Positions 17,330-27,219 of a stretch of 64,000 bases of DNA are shown in pieces. The notes under the pieces are model-generated. The model saw nothing but the letters and a program-made list of their open reading frames with translations, made no database searches and was not told the DNA's origin. The translations under genes were made by a program, and so were the position numbers. This DNA is from a virus. The stretch is taken from IMG/VR virus record IMGVR_UViG_3300028394_000001, positions 106,521-170,520 of that record; one strand, 5' to 3'. Position 1 is the stretch's first letter. The number at the start of each line of letters is the position of its first letter.

Positions 17330-20266
17330 TTAAGCATACGCATAGTATACATTGTGGTCAGGATCGGTTGGTATTGAAATGGTTTCTCTCTTGTTTGATC
17401 CTATTATAGTTGTACTATTATTTACAAAGATAATAGATGCCATATTTTTACTTTTCTTCATCGATGAATTTAACGATGACATTTGATTTAAAGCCAAACC
17501 ATCTAAAATATTTTCCGAATTTAAACTAGAACTTCTGCGTGGTGTTTGTTGTATTATTATTTTATCTTTTCTATCTTTTGTTTCTTGTTCAGATAAATCT
17601 TTTAATGTTTGTAAAGGAATAAGTTTTCTTGATAAATATCCCAATTCATTTTTATATTCACCTATAGTTTTTGGAAAATTTTCATCATTATTCTTATAAA
17701 CAAGGTAATGGTTTGCTCTAATTTCAGCAGGTGTAAGAAAGTCTTTTAAAAGCTTATCATCTTCACCTTCATCAAATGCTTTTTTTATTGCCTTAGCATA
17801 AGTTATTCCGTTAAAGTGAGCCAGTCTTAGAGTTAATTCGGAAATGCTGGATCCTAAATTTTTAGCATTTTCAATCGTATGTTCATTCATCAACAATTCT
17901 TGGACATCTTCAGAATATACTGTGTCCATGTAATTTGGTCCTAAAACATCTCTAGCTCTAAATAAAAGTGTATCTGGCATGAATTGATATTTACCCATGG
18001 CTGAGCCAGCACCTTTTGCATTGAAGTATCTACTTCTACTTTTTTGTAGTTCATTAACTTCTCGTATTGTCATGTCAGTTAAGTCTTTTTCAAAATTAAC
18101 TCTTTTTTCCCAAACCAATTTTCCTTTAGGATATTTTTTATAATTATCAGGATCTGTTCTTTTATCAAATGTTATTAATTTTAATTTTGAACCAGGATCA
18201 CTTATGTCACCCTCACCTTTTTTAATTATACTTGTAAGAATAGGTTCTTGGGAATTTTCATTAGACCACACAAAACGGTCTTTTGAAGCTTGATTTGCAC
18301 CTAAATATTCATCGGGAACTTTAGCGGATTCACCTCTTGAGATATTGGCTTTTGCTGCTTTTAATACATCTGAAGACTGTTCTTCAACTCTAGGAACAGG
18401 CACTGCGGTTTGTTCTCTTGGTGGAATTGGTGTAACAGTAACAGGTCTCGCTGGTTGAGGCCTTGGTGCTACCGGCGCAGGTTCAGGAACAGGTTGCGCT
18501 GTTACTGGTTGACCATGACGATTCTTTAATGACTCATCATTGGATGCACTTCTTTCAGCTATTTTTTGTTCTTCTTGGCGTTTTCTTTCAGCTGCAGCTT
18601 CAGTGACTTGACGCCTCCTCTCAATTTCAGCCTCACGAGCAGCTTCAAAATCTTGGCGTCTTCTCTCAGCCAAAGCCGCCGCTTCATCATCTTTACGTTT
18701 TTTCTCAGTTTCAGCTGCTATACGAGCTTTTTCAGCTTCAATAGCTGCAGTTTCTTCTCTCTGTCTTCTATCATCATCTTCTTTTTGTTTTCTTCTTCGA
18801 GCAACCTCAGCTGCATTTTGTTCCGTTTGTTGCCTTTGATTGTCTTCTCTTTGCTTTCTTTCCGTTTCTTCCCTCTGTCTTTTTTCATCATCTTGACGTT
18901 TTTTGTCAGCTTCTTCTTTTTGTTTTATTTCTTGTAAACGACGAGCTTCAGCTTTTGCAGATTCAGCTGCAGCTTGTTCTCTTTGTTGCCTTATTTGATT
19001 TTCTGCGGCCGCACGTTTTTCTTCTTCTGCTCGAGCAGCATCACTCTCTCTTTCTTTTTGTCTACTTTCAGACTTAGCTTTTTCTCTGTTTCTTTCATCT
19101 TCAGCGGCTTTTTCTTCTTTCAACTTTCTTTCTTGTCTTGCTTTATCTTCTATTTCCCTTTGTCGTTCAGCTTCAGCGTTGGTTCTTTGTATTCTTCTTT
19201 CTTCAACAATAGCCTCCGATTTAGCATCAGCTTCATTTTTTAGCCTTAATCTATCAGCTTCTCTTTGTTTTTCTTCTTGTTCAGCTCGTCTTCTTTCAAC
19301 ATCTTCTCTTGCTTTTTTTTCTTTTTCTTGTTCAGCTTTTAAACGTATCCTTTCTTCAAACGCTGCGCTTTGTCTTTCCAATTCATCTTGTTCTTTTTGT
19401 GCTTGTTCTCTGTTAGGTGGTGTTGGAGAAGGTGCTGGTGGCGGTGCTGGAGGAGGTGTTGGAGTTGTTTGAGCAGCTGCGGCACCAGCCATACCAAGTG
19501 CAGCTGCACCTAAACCTAATGCAAGTATTAACTCTTTTGCACCTTTAGAAACAATATCATCATCTTTTTCATTTGATTTAACATTTTTATTTCCACCAGT
19601 ATGGCTTAATGCCTCCATCAATTCTTTATGTCTTCTTTTTTCATTCTCTAGCTTGGTGTCACCAAAGTTTTCCTTTAAATCTTTGATTAATTTTTTTTCT
19701 GCTATATCATTTTTTAGAATAGAATAGATTTTAGCAGCCACGGTGGCTGGGCCATCACCCTTACGCAGTTTAGGCCTTGTAGATAATCCAACCTTAGTAT
19801 ATAACTCTGCATTAACTTTAGATGTTATTGATTTAGCTGTATTTGTTTTATTACCCAAAAACATCTTATTCATTCTTTTGGGAGCAAACTTCTTAGCTAT
19901 TTTGTTAGATTTATTAGACATTGGTCCTATGTTTGGACCTTCATTGTCTTGTTCATCGTCCTGTTCTTCAGGTTTTTCTTTTTTTACATAACGACCAGTT
20001 TTTGGATCACGAGCACGACCTTGTTCAGCAAGAATCTTTTGAATTAAGGGAACAAGTATATGCTCTCTATAACCAGGTTGTTTAGATAATTCCAGTTGCC
20101 TTTTCTTTAGCTCACTCTTTGACATTTTTTTACCGAGGTCAACAAGTTGGTCTACCTGTTTTTTAGACAAATTTCCAACACTCAACAATTCGTTGATTTT
20201 ATTTTCGTTGAACATCTGCTCAAATTCTCCCGATTTAAGCATACTGTCGAAGACTTTTTGTTCCAT
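17330..20266 (-). CDS. tape-measure-like / hub protein with lysozyme-like domain
   Basis: About 300 aa of E/R/K/Q/A-rich helix flanked by Pro-rich linkers. C-terminal ES...SAMGKYQFMPDTL...Q..L...LAHFNG is a lysozyme/lytic-transglycosylase-like pattern. Located downstream of gp26/gp51. Confidence 0.6.
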   Translation of the reverse strand: MEQKVFDSMLKSGEFEQMFNENKINELLSVGNLSKKQVDQLVDLGKKMSKSELKKRQLELSKQPGYREHILVPLIQKILAEQGRARDPKTGRYVKKEKPEEQDDEQDNEGPNIGPMSNKSNKIAKKFAPKRMNKMFLGNKTNTAKSITSKVNAELYTKVGLSTRPKLRKGDGPATVAAKIYSILKNDIAEKKLIKDLKENFGDTKLENEKRRHKELMEALSHTGGNKNVKSNEKDDDIVSKGAKELILALGLGAAALGMAGAAAAQTTPTPPPAPPPAPSPTPPNREQAQKEQDELERQSAAFEERIRLKAEQEKEKKAREDVERRRAEQEEKQREADRLRLKNEADAKSEAIVEERRIQRTNAEAERQREIEDKARQERKLKEEKAAEDERNREKAKSESRQKERESDAARAEEEKRAAAENQIRQQREQAAAESAKAEARRLQEIKQKEEADKKRQDDEKRQREETERKQREDNQRQQTEQNAAEVARRRKQKEDDDRRQREETAAIEAEKARIAAETEKKRKDDEAAALAERRRQDFEAAREAEIERRRQVTEAAAERKRQEEQKIAERSASNDESLKNRHGQPVTAQPVPEPAPVAPRPQPARPVTVTPIPPREQTAVPVPRVEEQSSDVLKAAKANISRGESAKVPDEYLGANQASKDRFVWSNENSQEPILTSIIKKGEGDISDPGSKLKLITFDKRTDPDNYKKYPKGKLVWEKRVNFEKDLTDMTIREVNELQKSRSRYFNAKGAGSAMGKYQFMPDTLLFRARDVLGPNYMDTVYSEDVQELLMNEHTIENAKNLGSSISELTLRLAHFNGITYAKAIKKAFDEGEDDKLLKDFLTPAEIRANHYLVYKNNDENFPKTIGEYKNELGYLSRKLIPLQTLKDLSEQETKDRKDKIIIQQTPRRSSSLNSENILDGLALNQMSSLNSSMKKSKNMASIIFVNNSTTIIGSNKRETISIPTDPDHNVYYAYA

Positions 20267-20268
20267 TT

Positions 20269-20457
20269 TTATTTCTTAGTTGCGTTTCGTTGTTTTATTT
20301 TCTCATTTTCTTCTTCAATATATTGTGTAAGCAAAGTAATATAAATGTCTCTTTCCCAAGGTAACATGGTTTCTAGTTCGGTTAGACTGTATTTGTGATG
20401 CTGCATCAATGCAAAATTGGTTGTATAATAATTTCGCAGAGTATCATGCCGCATCAC
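20269..20457 (-). CDS. 51: baseplate hub assembly catalyst gp51-like
   Basis: YYTTNFALMQHHKYSLTELETMLPWERDIYI.LL signature; follows gp26. Confidence 0.8.
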   Translation of the reverse strand: MMRHDTLRNYYTTNFALMQHHKYSLTELETMLPWERDIYITLLTQYIEEENEKIKQRNATKK

Positions 20458-21182
20458 TACCCGAAAAAATTTTCAAGGCCCTCCACATCAATGGTATGAT
20501 GGAAACCACATTTCTTACAGTCCATTTCAATCTTCTTATTCAATACAGGAAGATTGTCAAAAAAGTCTTCAATTCTTGAAAACTGTTCTTGATTCAAAGA
20601 TTCAATAAATTCAACCATTTCTTCTTTTGAACTTTCATTTGCATAATAGAATTGTTCACCGTCAAAAATGTATTCAACACTATTGACAATCATTTCAAAA
20701 GCCATATCGGTAGAACTTTGTGTGTCCTTCACTAAATCGAGTGCAGAAAACTTTGGATAAGATAGTTTAATCATAATCTTATCTGTAAGTTGAATTTCAG
20801 ATTTACTTTCTTGTGTTTCAGTAATTTGAATATCTAATAAGTTTATACTAACTTCCATCAAATTACCACAAGCTTTTTCTTCTACTATGTTCTCGCAGCG
20901 GTATTTGTTTTCTACTACTTCACCGACGGATCGTGCTCGCAGTTGGATAAAGTAGTATTCAATATCAATGATTGGTAAATTATCAATATCAATGTTCTCT
21001 GTCAGGGTACAATTGTGTAGAACTTGCTTAATGTTCTTTTCAATTGTTTCTCTTTCATTTGCCTCCATAGCCATCATTAGGTTCCTCTGTTCTTTCACTA
21101 AGAAAGGACGGAAGCGCACCAGTTTCTTGCTCATAGGTAAAGTCAATTCAAAGATTGGTGAATCTATTTTAGGTAAAGCCAT
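20457..21182 (-). CDS. 26: baseplate hub assembly protein gp26
   Basis: MALPKI..P.FEL.LP, FRPFLVKE, DIEY.F.QLRARSVGE, CxxC, GLENFF end. Confidence 0.88.
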   Translation of the reverse strand: MALPKIDSPIFELTLPMSKKLVRFRPFLVKEQRNLMMAMEANERETIEKNIKQVLHNCTLTENIDIDNLPIIDIEYYFIQLRARSVGEVVENKYRCENIVEEKACGNLMEVSINLLDIQITETQESKSEIQLTDKIMIKLSYPKFSALDLVKDTQSSTDMAFEMIVNSVEYIFDGEQFYYANESSKEEMVEFIESLNQEQFSRIEDFFDNLPVLNKKIEMDCKKCGFHHTIDVEGLENFFG

Positions 21183-21212
21183 AGTTTATTTCCTTTTCAT
21201 TAATTATATAAG

Positions 21213-21800
21213 TTAACGGGTTCTCCAGCGAGTGAAAGCGAAAGTTACATTTAATTTGTGGTAACCATCATTTGACCAATCTAAATCTAGTTGGTTGACT
21301 GAAATTGGAAAAGCATCTAATAATTCACAGGTAAAAACTCTTTGACCGGAATTTGAAATTTGGTTAATTTTTATGTCACTAACATAATCTTTTTTATATC
21401 TAAAATCGTAAGAATCTACTGGATTAATCCAATTCATCCATTCATCAAATAATCTTTTTTCTTTTAGGCCAAATTCTTCGAAGCTCGGCAGATTTCGTTT
21501 CATGTTGGGAATGAGTCTAGAATCCTCTGTAATAATAAAAGTCATATCAACATCATTATATGTGGTGTGATATGCATGTTTTTCAGCCGGGTTAGATCCA
21601 AATTTTTGTTCTGTGGTTGCAAATGTTCTTCCTGGTATATTTGTAGATTCACATTTGAAATTTAATTTTAAATTATCTAACACAGAATCATTTTTTTGCA
21701 AATATGTACTAAATCCAACAGGAAGGATAATTCCAACATCAAAAAGTTTAGGTCTTGCGACATCTTTAATATTGTATAAAAAGTCGGTTATTGATGCCAT
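21213..21800 (-). CDS. tail tube initiator / tube-like protein (gp54-like)
   Basis: Likely start MASITDF at 21800. ARP..F.V, CES..IPGR, F..WM..I, AFP.S...L.LDW, L.VTFAF..W match the tube fold pattern. Confidence 0.72.
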   Translation of the reverse strand: MASITDFLYNIKDVARPKLFDVGIILPVGFSTYLQKNDSVLDNLKLNFKCESTNIPGRTFATTEQKFGSNPAEKHAYHTTYNDVDMTFIITEDSRLIPNMKRNLPSFEEFGLKEKRLFDEWMNWINPVDSYDFRYKKDYVSDIKINQISNSGQRVFTCELLDAFPISVNQLDLDWSNDGYHKLNVTFAFTRWRTR

Positions 21801-21801
21801 T

Positions 21802-22425
21802 TTATTCTTCTTCCTGATTAAAGTGTGCCATATGGTCTTTGTAATGTTGCATAGAATCTTTCCACACTGTAGAGGTTCTAGCCCCCTTAAATTGTTGTAG
21901 AGGTAACATCGATGCCACATCCCATTCGTTTGGTTGAACCATTAGTAATTTAGACCTAAGGCGACCAAATAGGTATCTTTTTAACATTGGTTTGAACTCC
22001 GCATATCTCTTGGCAGAGTTTAGAATCTCATAGGATATACGCAGGCGTTTAATATCATCTTCTGGTGTCAGTTGTGCAAACTTCATCAATTTGGATAGAA
22101 ATAACATCCTGAACTTTACCGGCAGATAATGCAGGTTTAATCCTAGGAAACCATCACTATACTTCTCTAACACCAAAACTACCGGAAATTTATCCCAATA
22201 TGGTAAATCTGCCTTTGTTTTTGGATCATAGAAAAAACAATACATCATTCCTACTCTGAATTGATTAGCTTTTCTAAAAGTCTCACCCCTAATGGCCGCA
22301 GATATTTTATCTGGTCTTTTGATTTCGACAATCTTTTCTCTTAACCAAGCGATAGAATCCCTCGACATGGTCTTATGACCTGCCTGTTTCTTTTCTTCTG
22401 CCAATGTTGTTAATTTAGATTCCAT
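21802..22425 (-). CDS. 2: DNA end protector protein gp2
   Basis: G.MY.F.YDPKTK..LPYWD.FP, GF.GLNLHYLP, KRYL...RS, W..A..LP.Q.F. Confidence 0.9.
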   Translation of the reverse strand: MESKLTTLAEEKKQAGHKTMSRDSIAWLREKIVEIKRPDKISAAIRGETFRKANQFRVGMMYCFFYDPKTKADLPYWDKFPVVLVLEKYSDGFLGLNLHYLPVKFRMLFLSKLMKFAQLTPEDDIKRLRISYEILNSAKRYAEFKPMLKRYLFGRLRSKLLMVQPNEWDVASMLPLQQFKGARTSTVWKDSMQHYKDHMAHFNQEEE

Positions 22426-22436
22426 GTACTATTTAG

Positions 22437-22871
22437 TTAGAGGCCTAAATGGTCTTCCGTTATCACCATAAATTCCCAACCTCGATCCAGTGCATATTCT
22501 GTTGCGGCTTTCCATTTAGCTTGATTTACACCCCATGTCATAACTTCTTGAATGTACTGCTTTGTGACCTTTTTCTTTTTTTCAGGTTCAATAGATTGTT
22601 TTTTTGGTTTAACTTCAATGATAATCGTCTTTAGTTTATTATCTTTTGTCTTAGATTTAACTATGAAATCCGGAAAATACCTGTGTTTTCTGCCATCCAC
22701 CGGTGATATATAAGGGATAATAAGTTCTTCTGAAGCCCATGAGACAATATTTGGGTTTGAATCTAACCAATACATCACCTTACACTCCCAAGAAGAGCGA
22801 TAAATAATATTGGTGTAATCACCCACATACTTCTGTGGATATTTGGGGATAAATTTGCCTGAGTATGCCAT
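22437..22871 (-). CDS. 4: head completion nuclease gp4
   Basis: MAYSGKF.P..P.KY.GD...I.YRSSWE, WASEE..IPY.SP.D...HRYFPDF, EVKPKKQ, NQAKW.AA. Confidence 0.93.
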   Translation of the reverse strand: MAYSGKFIPKYPQKYVGDYTNIIYRSSWECKVMYWLDSNPNIVSWASEELIIPYISPVDGRKHRYFPDFIVKSKTKDNKLKTIIIEVKPKKQSIEPEKKKKVTKQYIQEVMTWGVNQAKWKAATEYALDRGWEFMVITEDHLGL

Positions 22872-22876
22872 AAATA
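22870..22876 (+). promoter_or_regulatory. T4-type late promoter-like motif (ATAAATA) upstream of gp48
   Basis: The motif recurs before structural genes at 28912, about 35081, 48896, 54966 and 62012. CTAAATA occurs on the minus strand before gp2. Confidence 0.55.
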
Positions 22877-22903
22877 GTATGTATATTCTTTTTAGGAAAA
22901 TAA

Positions 22904-23971
22904 ATGGCAGAAGTAATTATAGCGCCGGCATCGACACCAAGCACTAAAGGTAGTGGTCCATTGGCCGTTTTAAAAGACGCTAACGGGAGAGGCGGCGCCA
23001 AAACAATCAATTATCCATTAAAGTTGGGTGATAAAAATTTAAACCATTATGTGATATTTTTTATTAAAGACATTGCATCACAAGATTTCGATAAAAAATT
23101 ACAAGCACAAATTAGTTCAGCTTCAAATGCTTACAATAACATCACTAGAGAAGCTCAATTGAAAGAAACAGAAATACCAGATCCAATGACATTAGGCCAA
23201 AGTGATTTTGGTACATCTATTCGAGCTGTAACTGAAAACTTGTCAATACAGCACAACAGACAAGAAGCTAAAGCATATATCGGTTTATATATGCCAGATT
23301 CTTTGAAAGATTCCTATCAATCCGACTATGCTTCAATTAGTATAAGGGATGAATTGGGTTCAACATTGGGTGCAATAAGAACAGCCGCGTCAGTAGCTGA
23401 TACAATTAAAACATCAGGTGAACCCTTTGCTCAAGCCATAGCATCCGATCCAGCAGCCATAAAATTTACAATTGATACTTTTGTTAACGCTCTGGGTGGT
23501 GGAGGTGGAATAGGTGAAGCTTTATTGCAAGCTCAAGGATATACATCGAATCCACAATTACAGATGATTTATAGGGGATCACATTTTAGACAATTTTCTT
23601 TGGAATTTTTATTTACACCCACATCAGCTCCCGAAGCGGAAGTAGTAAGGGAAATTATATATTTGTTCAAATTTTTTGCAGCACCTACATTAAGTGTAGG
23701 TCAAAAAGCAAAAGGTGCTATGTTTTTAACTCCACCCAGTCTTTTTGAAATTAAATTCATGAATGGTAAGTATGAAAACATAAATCTGCCAAAATATACA
23801 GATTGTGTGTTAGAAGATGTTTCTGTGGATTATGCACCTAATGGTTTTGCTGCACATAGTGATGGTGCTCCAGTACAAACACATCTAACATTGACATTCC
23901 AAGAGGTTGAAATATTAGATAGAGATAGATTGACATCTGGTTTTGAAGGCAAAGATGGGGGATTAAGATAA
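22904..23971 (+). CDS. 48: baseplate tail-tube cap gp48
   Basis: YP......YVIF, I.LYMP, NP..Q..Y.G..FR.F...F.F.P.S..EA..V..II..FK, C.L..V.VDYAP, LTL.FQE.E. Confidence 0.82.
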   Translation: MAEVIIAPASTPSTKGSGPLAVLKDANGRGGAKTINYPLKLGDKNLNHYVIFFIKDIASQDFDKKLQAQISSASNAYNNITREAQLKETEIPDPMTLGQSDFGTSIRAVTENLSIQHNRQEAKAYIGLYMPDSLKDSYQSDYASISIRDELGSTLGAIRTAASVADTIKTSGEPFAQAIASDPAAIKFTIDTFVNALGGGGGIGEALLQAQGYTSNPQLQMIYRGSHFRQFSLEFLFTPTSAPEAEVVREIIYLFKFFAAPTLSVGQKAKGAMFLTPPSLFEIKFMNGKYENINLPKYTDCVLEDVSVDYAPNGFAAHSDGAPVQTHLTLTFQEVEILDRDRLTSGFEGKDGGLR

Positions 23972-24630
23972 TGAACTATTTTGAAACTTTACCTAAAGTA
24001 ACAACCATTGATTATAATGGAAATAATATATTAATGACAAATCTGATGGTTAGGTCTGAAATCCTACCTAGTTTATTGAAAAATCCTTTGTTATTTTATT
24101 CTTATGATATACAAGATGGTGATTCACCTGAAATAATTGCAACCAAATACTATGATAATCCTTATCGTTATTGGATTGTTCTGTTTGCAAATCAAATGAT
24201 TGACCCACAATGGGATTGGCCGATGAATTCTAGTGTATTCGGTAGTTATATTAAAAATAAATATACTTCAGATTGTGCGACATTTTATAATGTTTCAGAA
24301 AGTTCAGTAACTTCTGCTCAAATTTTATCATATACACAAGGCCAGATAAAATATTATGTTAAATCAATTTCAACCCTAGACAATAGCACAAACAAAAAAA
24401 ATATATTGAATTACCGAATTGATTTCGATGAATATCAATCCACTCAAGAGAATACTATAGTAAAAACTTTTACAACTGGTGCTCAGGTAACACAAACGGT
24501 TAGTAAGTATACAGAATCATATTATGATTATGAAATGAATTTAAATGAGTCTCGAAGGTCAATTTATTTGGTGAACGCAATATATGTTTCAGAATTTGAA
24601 TTGCAGTTTTATAATTTAATGAAGATGTGA
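23971..24630 (+). CDS. 53: baseplate wedge protein gp53
   Basis: YFE.LP, Y.I.DGD.PE.IA.KYY..P..YWIVL..N...DP..DWP (LysM-like), YDYE..LNE.RR.I.L. Confidence 0.88.
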   Translation: MNYFETLPKVTTIDYNGNNILMTNLMVRSEILPSLLKNPLLFYSYDIQDGDSPEIIATKYYDNPYRYWIVLFANQMIDPQWDWPMNSSVFGSYIKNKYTSDCATFYNVSESSVTSAQILSYTQGQIKYYVKSISTLDNSTNKKNILNYRIDFDEYQSTQENTIVKTFTTGAQVTQTVSKYTESYYDYEMNLNESRRSIYLVNAIYVSEFELQFYNLMKM

Positions 24631-24631
24631 T

Positions 24632-25990
24632 ATGGCAACAGGTATAAAATATTCAGGTGATTTTAAATTAATTAGTGTAATTGTCCATTCGGCGGCAGGC
24701 GATGTTGATTTATCTTTCAATGTTAAAGAAATCTCTTATAATGAAGACCTGTTTAATAACACAACGTCTGGTTATGTAATGATTGAAGATTCTATGGGAT
24801 ATATTAATAAACTTAGTTTGTCCGGCAATGAATTTATGTATTTACATATTGGTAAAGATAATAACACCACAAATATCATTAAAAAGAGTTTTCGCATCTT
24901 CACAATAAAGAAAAGAGAACCGTTAATTGATGGAAATACAGAAACGTATTCAATTTACTTTTGTTCTGAAGAACTATTTCTTTCCGAACAATACAAAATA
25001 AGTAAATCATATAAAAATTCAGACATTACCACAAATATAAAAGACATATTAAAAACATATTTGAAGGTGCCGGCCAATAGAATGGCGCAAATAGATAAAA
25101 CATATGGTGTTTACGATTTCATAATTCCATTCTTAAAACCTTTTGATGCTATCAATTGGTTGTCTTCATATGCAAGACCTGGTGCCTTTGGTTCCACTAC
25201 TATGGTTGGAGCTGATATGTTGTTCTATGAAAATAAATTTGGATATAATTTTAGGTCTTTGCAGAATTTATATGAACAAAGTCCAATGAGGGAGTATAGT
25301 TATTCTCCTAAAAATATGGACATTACAGACATGGCTAATAACCTAACGAATGCTCTTTCATATGAGATAATGGACTCTTTCGATACATTGGCTGGAGTTA
25401 ATCAAGGTATTTTTGCAAATCGTTTATTGTCTCTTGATCCTTTATTGAGAAGATATAAAGTAACAGATTTTAATTATGCTAGTTACAGCAATAAAGTTGA
25501 AAAATTAAACTCTTGGCCAATAACAAATAATTATAAGAATCGTATGGGTGACAACTTATATGAAACCCCGGAAGCAGCTTTCAAGATGGCTTTCTCAAAT
25601 TCAAACCAAAACGATTCTGCTCTCATTAAAAATAGTCCAGGTTCAGTTGCACATGACATATTTGCAGAGACCTACATACCAAATAGAACCGCACAAATAC
25701 CTTTGGCAAATTATAATAGAATGAAAATTTCAGTTTGGGGTGATCCTGCATTGACTGTTGGCACTGTCATTAAGTTCAATTTACTTTCAAAAGATCCAGT
25801 TGAAGAAAAAAAAGGTCTTGATGATTTTTATTCTGGTAATTATTTGGTTACCGCGGTAAGACACATATTAAATCCTCCATTTCAATATAGAACTATTTTG
25901 GAAATATGCAAAGAAAGTGTTCCTACACCATATGCTGATCCAAAAAATGATAAAGTTGGTTGGAGTAATGCGGTTAAAGGAGTTATATAA
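24632..25990 (+). CDS. baseplate hub protein (gp27-like)
   Basis: Lies between gp53 and gp5; P.DAINWL, FYE...G..F.SL, V.GD..L..G..I, SG.YLVTAVRH. Confidence 0.65.
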   Translation: MATGIKYSGDFKLISVIVHSAAGDVDLSFNVKEISYNEDLFNNTTSGYVMIEDSMGYINKLSLSGNEFMYLHIGKDNNTTNIIKKSFRIFTIKKREPLIDGNTETYSIYFCSEELFLSEQYKISKSYKNSDITTNIKDILKTYLKVPANRMAQIDKTYGVYDFIIPFLKPFDAINWLSSYARPGAFGSTTMVGADMLFYENKFGYNFRSLQNLYEQSPMREYSYSPKNMDITDMANNLTNALSYEIMDSFDTLAGVNQGIFANRLLSLDPLLRRYKVTDFNYASYSNKVEKLNSWPITNNYKNRMGDNLYETPEAAFKMAFSNSNQNDSALIKNSPGSVAHDIFAETYIPNRTAQIPLANYNRMKISVWGDPALTVGTVIKFNLLSKDPVEEKKGLDDFYSGNYLVTAVRHILNPPFQYRTILEICKESVPTPYADPKNDKVGWSNAVKGVI

Positions 25991-26319
25991 TGTCTAAGAT
26001 GACTAGTAATTTTGCAGGTTTGAATGGATTCGTTTGGTGGGTAGGTGTTATTAAAGACCGAACCGACCCATTAGGTCTTGGAAGATGTAGGGTTAGAATA
26101 TTTGGTTGGCATACAGATAATGTTACCTTGATACCAGATGACCATTTACCTTGGGCCACGCCGATGAACGCCATAAATGCTTCAAAAACATTTGGTGTAC
26201 CTGAACTTAATGATTGGGTTGTTGGTTTCTTTTTGGATGGTGAGAGTGGCCAATACCCTGTAATGATGGGTGTTATGCCGGGAATAACACCAGAACAAAA
26301 AGCTGGATATTCAACTTAA
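25990..26319 (+). CDS. 5: gp5 N-terminal OB-fold domain as a stand-alone ORF
   Basis: F.WWVGV..DR.DPL.LGRCRVRIFG.H, LPWA, WV.GFFLDGE..Q.PV.MG. Confidence 0.85.
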   Translation: MSKMTSNFAGLNGFVWWVGVIKDRTDPLGLGRCRVRIFGWHTDNVTLIPDDHLPWATPMNAINASKTFGVPELNDWVVGFFLDGESGQYPVMMGVMPGITPEQKAGYST

Positions 26320-26330
26320 TAGGAGGAAGT

Positions 26331-27206
26331 ATGGCGATTCAAGCTCAATTTGCGTTAGATTATGTCAACAGTGCTCCTGGATCATATGATCCTGTTACTA
26401 GAACAATTAATGCACCAATACAAGCTGAATGGAAATGGGGAGGAGAGTTTTTAACTAAAGGAGTTCAAACTACTCCAGGTATTGCTAGAGGTGCGTTACT
26501 AAACACAGGTGTTTATATCACCAATAGTCAAGTCGCCCACGTTTGTGATTTCACATTTAATTTGAATACAGACTTTTCACTTACAGCTTTGATTCCAAAT
26601 TTAGGTCTAATAACAGGTGCAATTAAGAATGGTAAAAATGCAGCTGCTAATATCATGCGAGCCGCAATCGCTCAACTAAACAGAATATTTAGAATTGCAA
26701 TTGATGCCATTTTAGGTGCATTAAATTTTGATGCAACAGGAACATTATCATTTGCATTTTCTGCACTAAAAAACATAGCAAGAAAAATTAACGAGAAACT
26801 GGAAGAAGCCGCTCAAATTATAGCCGACATTGCAATGGTCTATTTTCTTATTGAAGAATTGAAACAAATTGAAGAATGGATTAATTCACTTGAGGGTAGA
26901 GTAAAGCAAATATTATTAAATTGTTTATTCAATTTTCAACAAGTAGGAGAATCCGTTTCAAATCAATTTAAAACTAGTTTAGCGGCCGCACAAGCTGCTG
27001 CAACAGTTAATTTAGAAACTGAAGAACAAGCACCACAAGCAAATACAAAAGAAGTAGAAAAATTTATCGAAAGTTTGGTTTATGAACCTGCCAATTTAGA
27101 TACTGCTCAGGTAACGGGACAAATTGACGCGAATGTTGCTGAGTCTCAAGTTGCCACAGCAGATGTTAGTTTTGCTGATAAAATAGATAATTCAGAAAGT
27201 GTATGA
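26331..27206 (+). CDS. hypothetical helical protein between the gp5 halves
   Basis: Strong AGGAGG SD; 291 aa, Ala/Ile/Leu-rich and helical. Confidence 0.75.
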   Translation: MAIQAQFALDYVNSAPGSYDPVTRTINAPIQAEWKWGGEFLTKGVQTTPGIARGALLNTGVYITNSQVAHVCDFTFNLNTDFSLTALIPNLGLITGAIKNGKNAAANIMRAAIAQLNRIFRIAIDAILGALNFDATGTLSFAFSALKNIARKINEKLEEAAQIIADIAMVYFLIEELKQIEEWINSLEGRVKQILLNCLFNFQQVGESVSNQFKTSLAAAQAAATVNLETEEQAPQANTKEVEKFIESLVYEPANLDTAQVTGQIDANVAESQVATADVSFADKIDNSESV

Positions 27207-27219
27207 GGAATAATTTATA

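Noticed and set aside
18566-19472. Phe/Ser/Leu-rich plus-strand ORFs resembling membrane proteins
   Set aside because: They are antisense shadows of the E/K/R-rich helix in 17330..20266.
21800-21920. N-terminal extension of the gp54-like ORF to 21920
   Set aside because: It overlaps the gp2 3' end. The ATG at 21800 directly follows the gp2 stop with an AGGAAG SD-like sequence upstream and is the more likely start.
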